From Solirubrobacterales bacterium (GTDB lineage: Bacteria > Actinomycetota > Thermoleophilia > Solirubrobacterales > Solirubrobacteraceae): a DNA stretch of 64,000 nucleotides. The stretch's first letter is position 1. Every line of letters begins with the position of its first letter. A program made the position numbers and the translations under genes. The notes under the pieces are model-generated. The model made no database searches. It had not been told where the DNA came from and was given only the letters and a program-made list of their open reading frames with translations. Positions 38,451 to 47,196 of the stretch are shown here, one piece after another. The stretch is taken from positions 747-64,746 of the forward strand of contig DAIDJO010000053.1 in assembly GCA_027451345.1 (NCBI GenBank), given 5' to 3'.

Positions 38451-38750
38451 TCAGCGGGTGACGAGGGCCGACGTGTAGTGCTCCACCTCGGGAGCGGCCG
38501 CGAAGTACGGGCCGATCAACTCGCGCCAGCGCACGAACCGCTCGGACTCGCGGAAGCCCTGCGTGTGATCCTCGATCGTCTCCCACTCGACGAGGAGGAG
38601 GTACGTCGAGGGTTGCTCGATCCCGCGCTGCAGTCGGAGGGAGCGGAACCCGGGGGCCTGCGCGATCACCTCCTTGGCCTGCTCCATGGCCGCCTCGAAC
38701 TCCGGCTCCGTGCCGGGCGTCACCACGAGGACGGCGCGCTCCAGAATCAC
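38451..38750 (-). CDS. Antibiotic biosynthesis monooxygenase (ABM) family protein
   Basis: MILERAVL, APGFRSL, YLLLVEWETIEDHTQGFR. Confidence 0.88.
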   Translation of the reverse strand: MILERAVLVVTPGTEPEFEAAMEQAKEVIAQAPGFRSLRLQRGIEQPSTYLLLVEWETIEDHTQGFRESERFVRWRELIGPYFAAAPEVEHYTSALVTR

Positions 38751-38932
38751 CGGCTGACCTCCTGAGGATGTCCCGGCAGGACGGCGGACCGGCCGCCGTC
38801 GATGGCCAGGTGGGCTCCGGTGGTGTCGGCCGTCCCGTCGCCCTCCGGCTCGAGTCGGGCCCGGGCGATGGCGCCCTCACGTCCACCGCTGCCGCCGATC
38901 AGGACGACGTCGCCCCCGAGGTGACCGCTCAT
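38747..38932 (-). pseudogene. Internally deleted SDR remnant (61 aa: N-terminal Rossmann-like motif joined to the SDR C-terminal motif)
   Basis: MSGHLGGDVVLIGGSGGREGAIARARL...TTGAHLAIDGGRSA; GTGA-coupled to the ABM gene. Confidence 0.55.
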
Positions 38933-38996
38933 CCGCCGTCCCGCCCGACCGAGCACCGGCTCGTCCTGGCCGGGGAGGAGGATTCTGTGCCGTCGT

Positions 38997-39039
38997 GCAT
39001 ACGTATGCGAAGGCTACTTCTGCCGGGGCTTCGCGTCAA
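38997..39039 (-). promoter_or_regulatory. Promoter TTGACG-N17-TAGCCT with operator GCATACGTATGC immediately downstream of the -10
   Basis: -35 at 39034-39039, -10 at 39011-39016, operator at 38997-39008. Confidence 0.8.
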
Positions 39040-39122
39040 GTGGGAGAGCTGCCGTCCACCCCGCACTGGCAGTGGTCCCAACGGGTGGCGCTCGCGGATC
39101 CGGCGGGACACACCGGCTGATG

Positions 39123-39134
39123 GTATACGTATGC
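39123..39134. promoter_or_regulatory. Third operator copy GTATACGTATGC just before the LacI start (autoregulation)
   Basis: 11/12 match to GCATACGTATGC, 3 nt before ATG 39138. Confidence 0.7.
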
Positions 39135-39137
39135 CCC

Positions 39138-40157
39138 ATGCCGAGGCGCACGATCACGAGCCACGACGTGGCGCGGGCGGCGGGCGTGTCGCAGCCGACC
39201 GTATCCCGCGCCCTGCGCGACGATCCGCGGCTCTCGGAGGCCACCCGCCGCCGCGTGCTCGAGACCGCCGAGGCCCTGCGCTACGTCCCCAGCCAGCGCG
39301 GTCGCAACCTCGCAACCCGGTCCAGCGGGCAGGTCGGAATCGTCGTCAGTGACCTGGGCAACCCGTTCTACCTGCAGATCCTCGACGAGCTGCACCGAGC
39401 GCTGCGGGCGGGCCAGCTGCGGATGCTCGTCCTCACCCCGGATGCCGATGAGCGCGTCCCGCTCGAGCGGCTGGTGGACGGCTCCCTCGACGGGGCGATC
39501 CTCACCACCACGGTGCTGGACTCGGAGCTGCCCACCGCACTGAGCGAGCGGGGGTTCCCGTTCGTCCTGCTCAACCGCGAGGTGGACGACTCCAGCGGCG
39601 ACGTCGCCGTCGTCGACAACCACGCGGGTGGGCTGCTCGCCGCCCGCGAGCTCCTCCGGGCCGGCCACCGCCGGATCGGAGCACTCTTCGGACCCTCGGA
39701 CACGAGCACCGGTCGCGGGCGCGAGGCGGGCTTCCGCGCCGGCCTGGCCGAGGCGGGCGTGCCGCTCGCCGACGAGCTCTGGCGGCGGGCGCCGTTTGAC
39801 TTTGAGGCGGGTCACCGGGGGGCCCTGGAAATCGCTGCGGCCGGGCCCACGGCGCTCTTCTGCGCCAACGACATCCTCGCCCTGGGCGCCTACAACGCGC
39901 TGCACGGCAGCGGGGTGCGCATCCCCGAGGAGGTGTCACTCGTCGGCTTCGACGATGTGCTCCTCGCCGGCTGGGACGTCTTCCAGCTGACGACGATCCG
40001 CCAGGACATCCCGGCGCTCGTGCGCGCCGCCACGGACCTCCTTCTGACCCGCCTGGCCAACGAGGGCAACCCGCTTCCGCCCCGTCGGGTCGTGCTCGCC
40101 CCGACGATCGTGCGCCGCCGAACCCTCGGGCCGCCGCCTGGCGTCCGCGCCACCTGA
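39138..40157 (+). CDS. LacI family regulator (HpsR-like position)
   Basis: ITSHDVARAAGVSQPTVSRAL, PTALFCAND, VGFDD, LTTIRQ. Confidence 0.95.
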   Translation: MPRRTITSHDVARAAGVSQPTVSRALRDDPRLSEATRRRVLETAEALRYVPSQRGRNLATRSSGQVGIVVSDLGNPFYLQILDELHRALRAGQLRMLVLTPDADERVPLERLVDGSLDGAILTTTVLDSELPTALSERGFPFVLLNREVDDSSGDVAVVDNHAGGLLAARELLRAGHRRIGALFGPSDTSTGRGREAGFRAGLAEAGVPLADELWRRAPFDFEAGHRGALEIAAAGPTALFCANDILALGAYNALHGSGVRIPEEVSLVGFDDVLLAGWDVFQLTTIRQDIPALVRAATDLLLTRLANEGNPLPPRRVVLAPTIVRRRTLGPPPGVRAT

Positions 40158-40210
40158 CGCCGCGCCACCGACGCAGCGCTGCGGAGACGCCGCGCCGCGC
40201 GAACGGGCCG

Positions 40211-41080
40211 TCAGCCCTCGTGCAACGACCTCCAGCTGAACTCCGGGGCGTAGCCGAGGACCCGCCGTGCCTTGTCGATGCTCAGCAGCGTGTCGCAGCC
40301 GGACACGCTCTCGGCGACGGGGACCCCCGGGAAGACCTCGGCCATCAGATCACGACTCTCCCGCCACATCACCGTATCGGCGGCGGCGATGATGAAGCTG
40401 TCGGCCCCCTCGAGGTCGACCTCCAACGCGAGCGCCACCGCCTGGCTGACGTGGCTCTCGTCCACGTAACCCCACAGGTTCCACCTACGGGCGTGCGGGT
40501 CGTCCCAGAAGTCGGGGAACCGTTCGTAGTCGTGGCGCACCATGACGTTGGAGAGGCGCAGGCCGAGGATCGTCATCCCGCTCCAGCGGCTGAACTGACG
40601 GGCCATCTCCTCGCCGAGCACCTTCGAGAGGGCGTAGCTGGTCTCGGGATGGACATGCGCCTCGTCAACGGGGGCGTAGTCGGGGGCGCGATCGAAGGGC
40701 AGCCCGAGCGTCGTCTCGCTCGAGGCCCAGACGACCCGACGGATGCCGAGACGGGCGGCAGCCGAGAAGACGGCGTGCGTGCTGAGCACATTCGTGCGAA
40801 AGACCTCGTGGGGGGTCGCGTGCACCGGGGACGGGATCGCGGCGAAGTGCACGACCGCGTCGGGCGCGCGGCCCCACACCCCGGCGCTGAACGCCTCGAT
40901 CGTCTGGCCGAGGTCGGTGAGATCAGCCGGGAGGAACGGGACGGCCGAATCGGGTCCGGTGGACTCCGGCGAGGTCCGCCGGTCGACGTTCAGCACCTCG
41001 TGGCCACGCTCCTGCAGGTCGCGCACGACGCCACGACCGGCCTTGCCGCTGCCTCCGGTGACGATCACTCGCTGGGCCAT
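40211..41080 (-). CDS. NAD-dependent epimerase/dehydratase family protein
   Basis: VTGGSGKAG, VHFAAIP, WASS, YALSK. Confidence 0.88.
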   Translation of the reverse strand: MAQRVIVTGGSGKAGRGVVRDLQERGHEVLNVDRRTSPESTGPDSAVPFLPADLTDLGQTIEAFSAGVWGRAPDAVVHFAAIPSPVHATPHEVFRTNVLSTHAVFSAAARLGIRRVVWASSETTLGLPFDRAPDYAPVDEAHVHPETSYALSKVLGEEMARQFSRWSGMTILGLRLSNVMVRHDYERFPDFWDDPHARRWNLWGYVDESHVSQAVALALEVDLEGADSFIIAAADTVMWRESRDLMAEVFPGVPVAESVSGCDTLLSIDKARRVLGYAPEFSWRSLHEG

Positions 41081-41239
41081 GTTCCTCCCTTCGTTCCGGA
41101 CGATGCTCACGATTGTCGCGCACACCGGCCCCGCGCGATCCTCGAGCCTCGCGCCCCGATCGCACACCCGCCGCCGGGCCAGGCTCACCGCTCCGCGCCC
41201 CAGCGGGTGCCCCCGGGATCGCCTGGGTAGTAGTCCGGT

Positions 41240-43420
41240 GTGACCACCGATCCAGCCCTCTCTGACGCAGCGCGCGCGACGGGGATGGGCGGCGGCATGT
41301 CCGTCGACCTGCTCACGGCGCTCGTCAACACGGCGCCCGTCGGGGCGGCCGTGCTCGACACGACGCTGCGCTACCGCTGGGTGAACGGAACGCTCTGCGC
41401 GATGAACGGTCACAGTGCCGAGGAGCACCTCGGCCGGCTCCCGTCCGAGCTCCTCGGCGAGCTCGGCGCGCAGCTCGAGACACTGCTGCGCCAGGTCCTG
41501 CGCGACAACGATCCGCTGCTGAACTACTACTTCGGCGGCCGGCGACCGGGTGCCGCCGGGTACTGGATGGGGTCCTACTACCCGCTGCGCAACGCGGCGG
41601 GCGAGCTGATCGGGATCGGCGCGATCGTCACCGACGTCACCGAGCACGAGCGCACCAGCGCGCGGGAGCGGCAGTTCCTGACCGGCCTGGTTCAGGTGGC
41701 GCAGGCCGTCGCCTCGCACGCCGACTCCCAGGAGGTGCTCGCCGTGGTGGCCCGCGAGGCGGCCGAGATGCTCGACCTCGACGGCGCCGTCGTCGCCTCC
41801 TTCCACCCCGATGGGGTCTCCCTCGAGGGCCGCTGGGGGAACGTGACGGTCGTCTCCGAACCGGGGACGGTGCTGCCGACGGCGACGATGCCCGTGACCG
41901 AGCTCGTGCGTGGCACCGGACAGCCGCAGCGGCAGGTGACGGAGGCTCCCGACGCCTTCGGCTTCCGCTCCCGCGTCGCGGCGCCGATCCTCGTCGAGGG
42001 CGCGCTGTGGGGAGCGGTGAAGGCGGGCTCGCCGCGCATGGTGGCGCTGCCTGACGACGCCGAGGTGCGACTCGGGCGCTTCGCCGACCTCGTCGGCCTC
42101 GCCGTCGCCAACGCCACTGAGCAGCGCAGGCTGATCGAGCAGGCCTCGCGCGACGCGCTCACCGGCCTGCGCAACCGGCGCGCGTTCCAGGAGCGGATCG
42201 CGAGCGAGGCACAGCGCGCGACGCGCCACGTGACCAGCTTCAGCCTGGTGCTGCTCGACATCGACGAGTTCAAGGCGGTCAACGACATCCACGGCCACGA
42301 CGTCGGGGACGAGGTGCTGGTCGAGGTGGCCCGCCGACTCTGCGAGGAGGTTCGCGCGGAGGATCTCATCGCCCGCATCGGAGGGGAGGAGTTCGCCTGG
42401 ATCCTGCCGGACGTGGGGAGCGCCGGCGCGCTGATGGCGGCCGAACGAGCGCGACTGTTGATCGCCGACACACCGTTCCGCGACGTCGGGCCGGTCACCG
42501 TCTCCGCCGGGGTGGCGAACTTCGAGGAGGCGGGCGACGCGGACCTGCTCTTCCGCCAGGCCGATCGCGCCCTGTATGAGGCCAAGCGCCGCGGCCGCAA
42601 CCGCTGCGTGCGGCACAGCGACCTCGGTGACGGCTGCGTCCGTGAGCCCGCCGGCCGCGCGCGCTCCGCCCGGGTGGCCGAGCAGGCGCACGCGCTGCCG
42701 GCGCTGCGGGCGCTCGCCCGCGCCATCGACGCCAAGGACCCGGCGACCTTTCAGCATTCCGAACGCGTCGCCCAGCTCGCCCGGCAGCTGGCCGATCTGC
42801 TCGGCTGGCCGCGCCCGCGGGCACTCGCGCTGCGGGACGCGGCGCTTCTGCACGACGTGGGCAAGATCGGGATCCCGGAGCAGCTGCTGTTCAAGCCAGG
42901 ACCCCTCACGAGCGAGGAGTACGAACAGGTGAAGACCCATGCGCGGCTCAGCTGCCAGATCGCGCGCGAGGTGGTCAACCCCGAGCAGGCGGCCTGGATC
43001 CTCCACCACCACGAGCGCTGGGACGGCGGCGGGTATCCCGCCGGCCTCGCCGGGGAGGAGATCCCGGACGGCGCCCAGCTGCTCGCGCTCGCCGACGCCT
43101 GGGACGCGATGACCGTCGCCCGCCCCTACGGCGAGCCGCTGTCCCAGACCGAGGCGCTGCGCGAGTGCCTCACCGCCGCCGGACGCCAGTTCGCCCCGGC
43201 CGCGGTCGACGCGCTGCGGACCCTCGCGCCGACGGACCCTCGCGCCGACGGACCCCGTGCCCGCCGGACGGGCCTAGCCGCGTCGCCGGGCCGGTCGCCG
43301 GTCGCCACGACGCGCGCCGGCGCCGCGCTCCCCGCTGACATCCGGCCGATGACGGAAGCTGCACGGGTCGCACCGGGCCGCACCGTTCGTCCATTCCCAG
43401 CCGGAGGTTCCTGCCAATGA
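41240..43420 (+). CDS. PAS-GAF-GGDEF-HD-GYP c-di-GMP turnover protein
   Basis: DALTGLRNRR, DIDEFKAVND, RAED I-site and GGEEF, HDVGKIG, HHERWDGGGYP. Confidence 0.92.
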   Translation: MTTDPALSDAARATGMGGGMSVDLLTALVNTAPVGAAVLDTTLRYRWVNGTLCAMNGHSAEEHLGRLPSELLGELGAQLETLLRQVLRDNDPLLNYYFGGRRPGAAGYWMGSYYPLRNAAGELIGIGAIVTDVTEHERTSARERQFLTGLVQVAQAVASHADSQEVLAVVAREAAEMLDLDGAVVASFHPDGVSLEGRWGNVTVVSEPGTVLPTATMPVTELVRGTGQPQRQVTEAPDAFGFRSRVAAPILVEGALWGAVKAGSPRMVALPDDAEVRLGRFADLVGLAVANATEQRRLIEQASRDALTGLRNRRAFQERIASEAQRATRHVTSFSLVLLDIDEFKAVNDIHGHDVGDEVLVEVARRLCEEVRAEDLIARIGGEEFAWILPDVGSAGALMAAERARLLIADTPFRDVGPVTVSAGVANFEEAGDADLLFRQADRALYEAKRRGRNRCVRHSDLGDGCVREPAGRARSARVAEQAHALPALRALARAIDAKDPATFQHSERVAQLARQLADLLGWPRPRALALRDAALLHDVGKIGIPEQLLFKPGPLTSEEYEQVKTHARLSCQIAREVVNPEQAAWILHHHERWDGGGYPAGLAGEEIPDGAQLLALADAWDAMTVARPYGEPLSQTEALRECLTAAGRQFAPAAVDALRTLAPTDPRADGPRARRTGLAASPGRSPVATTRAGAALPADIRPMTEAARVAPGRTVRPFPAGGSCQ
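43217..43255 (+). repeat. 16-bp tandem duplication CGGACCCTCGCGCCGA x2 (+7 nt)
   Basis: Read directly; length is not a multiple of 3 and it lies in the CDS tail. Confidence 0.85.
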
Positions 43421-43875
43421 CCGCCCCCACCCGGGCGCGCGACCAACTGTCGCACGCCGTCCGCTTCGATCCCGCTTCGATCCGCGCCGCTGTGCGGGAG
43501 GTCGAGGGGATCAACGCGAAGATCGCGCTCGTCATCACCCGCACCGTCGGCACGATGGCCTGTGCCTATGTCTTCGCCGCCATCGCCCTGATCAGCCTCC
43601 CGGCCGCGATCAACTCCGGGCAGGTCATCATCATCGTGGCCTGGGTCGCCCAGACCTTCCTCCAGCTGGTCCTGCTGTCGATCATCATGGTCGGCCAGTC
43701 GGTGCAGTCGGCCGCCTCGGACGCGCGCGCGGCCAAGGAGTTCGCCGACACCGAGACGATCCTCGACCGCCTCGACGTGAACACGGCGGGCGGCATCCGG
43801 GACGTGCTCGAGGCCATCCACGCGCTCGACGCGGGGCGCGGCACCCGGCCGCTCCCCGGGGAGCCCGCGAGCTAG
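43417..43875 (+). CDS. DUF1003-like membrane protein
   Basis: ITRTVGTM, WVAQTFLQLVLLSIIMVGQ. Confidence 0.7.
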   Translation: MTAPTRARDQLSHAVRFDPASIRAAVREVEGINAKIALVITRTVGTMACAYVFAAIALISLPAAINSGQVIIIVAWVAQTFLQLVLLSIIMVGQSVQSAASDARAAKEFADTETILDRLDVNTAGGIRDVLEAIHALDAGRGTRPLPGEPAS

Positions 43876-45428
43876 AGGGGGATCGCGGCGGGCGATGCGT
43901 CGCCGGCCGCGAGCGCCGGCCGGTGCCTGGGCAGCATCAGCGACCCGATCAGCGCGATCCCGAGCAGGACGCAGGCCCAGACGAACGTGTGACCGAAGGC
44001 GGTCGCCATCGGGCCGGCGATCTTCGCGCGGGCCGCCGCCGACACCGCCGTGGCCCCGATCGTGCCGTGGCGGCCGTGGCCGAGCTGGCTGGCCAGCGCG
44101 GTGGCGAGCAGCACGGAGAGAACGGCCGTGCCGACGGAGGCGCCGACCTGCTGGATGATGTTCAGCGCGGTGGAGGCGCGAGCGGCCGCGGCGCCGGTGA
44201 TCGACTGCATCGCGCCGGTGTAGATCGGCATCATCGCGAAGCCCATCCCGAGGCCGAACACGAACAGGTCAAGGCAGATGGCGAGCCAGGAGGTGTGCGC
44301 CCCGATCTGCGTCAGCCAGACGACGGAGGCCACGACACCGACCAGCCCGAAGGGCACGATCCGCCCGGAACCGGTCCGGTCCGAGAGCTGGCCGGCGATC
44401 GGCATCGTGATCATCGAGCCGATTCCCTGCGGCGCGAGCAGCACGCCCGCCATCAGCGGCGACTCGCCGCGCACGGCCTGGAAGTAGAGCGGCAGCAGCA
44501 GGAAGGCGCCGAAGACGGAGATGCTCATCAGCACGAGCGAGAGCGACGAGGTGGCGAAGGCGCGGTTGCGGAACAGGCGCAGATCGATCAACGGGTCGGA
44601 GGCGCGCAGCGCGTGCCGGACGAACGCGGCGAGCAGCGCGATCCCGGCGATCAGCGGGATCAGCACCCGGTCCGAGCCGAACCCGCCCGCGGAGCTCGAT
44701 TCGGCCAGGCCGTAGATCATCAGGGCCAATCCGGGGGAGACGAGCAACAGGTCGACGATGTCGAGCCGCTGAGCGTGCTCGGCCACGTCCCGCGGCAGCA
44801 CGCGCAGGGCGAGCAGCAGCGCGGCGATGCCGATCGGCAGGTTGATGAAGAAGATCCACCGCCAGCTGACGTCGGTCACCAGCCAGCCGCCGAGGATCGG
44901 CCCGAGGATCGGCCCGAGCAGCATCGGGACGCCCATGATCGCCATCACACGGCCGATCCGCTGCGGCCCGGCCGCGCGGGTGAGGATCGTCATGCCGGCG
45001 GGCATGATCATGCCGCCGCCGAGGCCCTGCAGCACGCGGAAGAGGATGATCGTCGTCGAGGACCAGGCGAGGCCCGACAGGCACGAGCCGAGCACGAACA
45101 TGGCGATCGACCCCATGTACAGACGCTTGGTCCCGAAGCGGTCGGAGATCCAGCCGCTCAGCGGGATCACCGTCGCGAGCGCGAGCGTGTAGCCCGTGGC
45201 CACCCACTGGATCGTCGGCAGCGTCGTGTGGAAGCGCGCGGCGAGCGTGTTGATCGCGACGTTGACCACCGTCGTGTCGAGGATCGACATGACGGCCCCG
45301 AGCACCACCACGCTCGCCACCAGCAGCAGCCCGCGGCTGATGTGCGTGTCCTCGGCGGGCGAGTCGGGGCGGGCAGCCGGCCGATCGGCGGCCGCCCGGC
45401 CGGCCACGGCGTCTTCAGTTGCGCTCAT
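43872..45428 (-). CDS. DHA2 (EmrB/QacA) MFS efflux transporter
   Basis: MSILDTTVVNVA, WISDRFG, RVLQGLGGG, WRWIFFINLPIG, PLIDLRLF. Confidence 0.93.
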   Translation of the reverse strand: MSATEDAVAGRAAADRPAARPDSPAEDTHISRGLLLVASVVVLGAVMSILDTTVVNVAINTLAARFHTTLPTIQWVATGYTLALATVIPLSGWISDRFGTKRLYMGSIAMFVLGSCLSGLAWSSTTIILFRVLQGLGGGMIMPAGMTILTRAAGPQRIGRVMAIMGVPMLLGPILGPILGGWLVTDVSWRWIFFINLPIGIAALLLALRVLPRDVAEHAQRLDIVDLLLVSPGLALMIYGLAESSSAGGFGSDRVLIPLIAGIALLAAFVRHALRASDPLIDLRLFRNRAFATSSLSLVLMSISVFGAFLLLPLYFQAVRGESPLMAGVLLAPQGIGSMITMPIAGQLSDRTGSGRIVPFGLVGVVASVVWLTQIGAHTSWLAICLDLFVFGLGMGFAMMPIYTGAMQSITGAAAARASTALNIIQQVGASVGTAVLSVLLATALASQLGHGRHGTIGATAVSAAARAKIAGPMATAFGHTFVWACVLLGIALIGSLMLPRHRPALAAGDASPAAIPL

Positions 45429-45570
45429 CTGGCGTCGCTCCTCCTGGCGTTCGGGTCGGGCACCGCCCCCTCCACCGGCAGGGGCTTCCCCCGTTCGAGC
45501 GTAACGAAGCGCGTGCGGAGGCCACGTCCCGCACGCGGCGCCGAACCCGCGCTACCGTTCGCACAGCCCC

Positions 45571-45873
45571 ATGAGCGTCGTGAAGATCAACGCCATCACC
45601 GTCCCCCCGGAGCGGATGGGGGAGTTCGCCGAGCGCTTCGCCAACCGCGCGGGACGCGTCGAGCAGGCCGAGGGGTTCGAATCCTTCGAGCTGCTGCGCC
45701 CCAACGACGGCCGCGGGGTCTGCCTGGTGCTCACCCGCTGGCGCTCGGAGGCGGACTTCCAGGCCTGGATGGCGAGCGCCGACTTTGGCGCCGGGCACGC
45801 GCAGCACCGCTCCGGCGGGCCCGTCGGAACGGCCAGCGAGGTCTGGTCCTTCGACGTGCTCGAGCGGATCTGA
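45571..45873 (+). CDS. mhuD: Heme-degrading monooxygenase, MhuD/IsdG-like ABM
   Basis: MSVVKINAITVP (Asn7), FANRAG, GFESFELLRP, FQAW, distal His, matching my recollection of the MhuD pattern. Confidence 0.75.
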   Translation: MSVVKINAITVPPERMGEFAERFANRAGRVEQAEGFESFELLRPNDGRGVCLVLTRWRSEADFQAWMASADFGAGHAQHRSGGPVGTASEVWSFDVLERI

Positions 45874-45893
45874 GCCCCGGCTCACCCGGCCGG

Positions 45894-47162
45894 TCACCCC
45901 GCCGTGACCCGCTCGTCACGGGATCTCGTGCGGGGGATCATCTGCACGAAGTCCCCGAACTTCTCGGGCTCCTCGAGGCGGCAGGACCACACGAGCCGGC
46001 CGTTCCAGACGGTGACGTCGGGGCAGCCGTCGCACATGTTCTGATGTCCCTCGGCATCGATGTCGGCGGGCTGGATGATCATCACCGATTGGAAGCGCAG
46101 CTTCTCGGCGAGCCGCCAGGGTGCCAGCAGCATCGATCGCAGGTAGCGGCGCGCGACGGGGCGCAACGCCCGGTCAACCGCACCGAGCAGCAGCATCGGA
46201 CGGCCCATCGCCAGGGTGTCCGGCGACGTGTAGGCGAGGTAGCGGCCCGTTCGCAGGTGGTGAACGGTCTGCGTGAGCTCCATCGAACGGGGGCCGACGT
46301 ACCCGTAGACCCTGCCGCGCGTCCCGAGATAACCGGTCAGCAGCCATTTGAACGTGTCCGGTCGCTCGGTCCCGTTGAGGTAGGCCGAGGGCATGAAGTC
46401 CGGGTAGCGCCGCCGGATCGTGGCGAGGATGTCGGTGGACTGCAGCTCGTGCCTGGTGAGATCCTCGGTGGCGTAGGGCACCGCGCCGAAGTCGACCGAG
46501 CGCCCCCGGACCTGGTAGTCGAAGTCGCCCCCGACGGCACCGGCCCGGAAGGCGATGAAGACGACCGTGCTGACGATGTCGATGTGCTCGCGGGCCCAGG
46601 CGATGACGTCCGGCACGTGGCGGAGGGTGTCCTCGTAGACGGTCGCGTTGAAGGAACAGCCGACCCGGCCCCGGCCCGCCCTGGCCACCATCTCCGCGTA
46701 GTGCTGGCGCAGCTCGCAGAGCTCGATCTCGTTGCTCGTCTTCCATCCCGGGCGGTTCTGCTTCGAGTCGATGTGGAAGGTGAAGGCGGCGACACCGGCC
46801 TGCACCAGCTCCTCGAGCAGTTCCTCGGTCAGCGCCAGCCCGTTGGTGTTGACGATCGGCTTCAGCCCCCGCGCCGCGACCAGCTTCACGATCTCAACCG
46901 TCTGCGGGTGGACGAGGGGGTCGCCGCCGGCGATCGAGATCCCGTCGACGGTGCGGTACCGGGCAAAGACGTCCAGGTCGGACGCGACCTGCTCGAGCGT
47001 CTTGTGCCCGCGCGGGTCGTTCTCCCGGTAGCAGCCGAGGCAGGCGAGGTTGCACTTCGCCGTCGGTTCGAGCCAGGCGATGGCGTTGTCCGGCAGCGAC
47101 CACGGCAACCGGTAGAGAGACCGGTGGTCGAGGATCGTCGGCGCTTCGGTTGTGGCTGACAT
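45894..47162 (-). CDS. Radical SAM protein of unknown function
   Basis: CNLACLGC (CxxxCxxC), IAGGDPLVHP, VNTNG, C-terminal MCDGCP...WSCRLEE; GGAGG RBS 34 nt after the hemY stop region. Confidence 0.85.
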   Translation of the reverse strand: MSATTEAPTILDHRSLYRLPWSLPDNAIAWLEPTAKCNLACLGCYRENDPRGHKTLEQVASDLDVFARYRTVDGISIAGGDPLVHPQTVEIVKLVAARGLKPIVNTNGLALTEELLEELVQAGVAAFTFHIDSKQNRPGWKTSNEIELCELRQHYAEMVARAGRGRVGCSFNATVYEDTLRHVPDVIAWAREHIDIVSTVVFIAFRAGAVGGDFDYQVRGRSVDFGAVPYATEDLTRHELQSTDILATIRRRYPDFMPSAYLNGTERPDTFKWLLTGYLGTRGRVYGYVGPRSMELTQTVHHLRTGRYLAYTSPDTLAMGRPMLLLGAVDRALRPVARRYLRSMLLAPWRLAEKLRFQSVMIIQPADIDAEGHQNMCDGCPDVTVWNGRLVWSCRLEEPEKFGDFVQMIPRTRSRDERVTAG

Positions 47163-47196
47163 GACGGCCTCCGTTCGTTGGTTGCCGCCCCCCGGC

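Noticed and set aside
40211-43012. Apparent 933-aa epimerase fusion
   Set aside because: Only the part from ATG 41080 (GGAGG RBS) is real; the rest is antisense to the GGDEF gene
43923-47159. 1078-aa plus-strand ORF
   Set aside because: Antisense to the DHA2 MFS and the radical SAM gene; no domain signal
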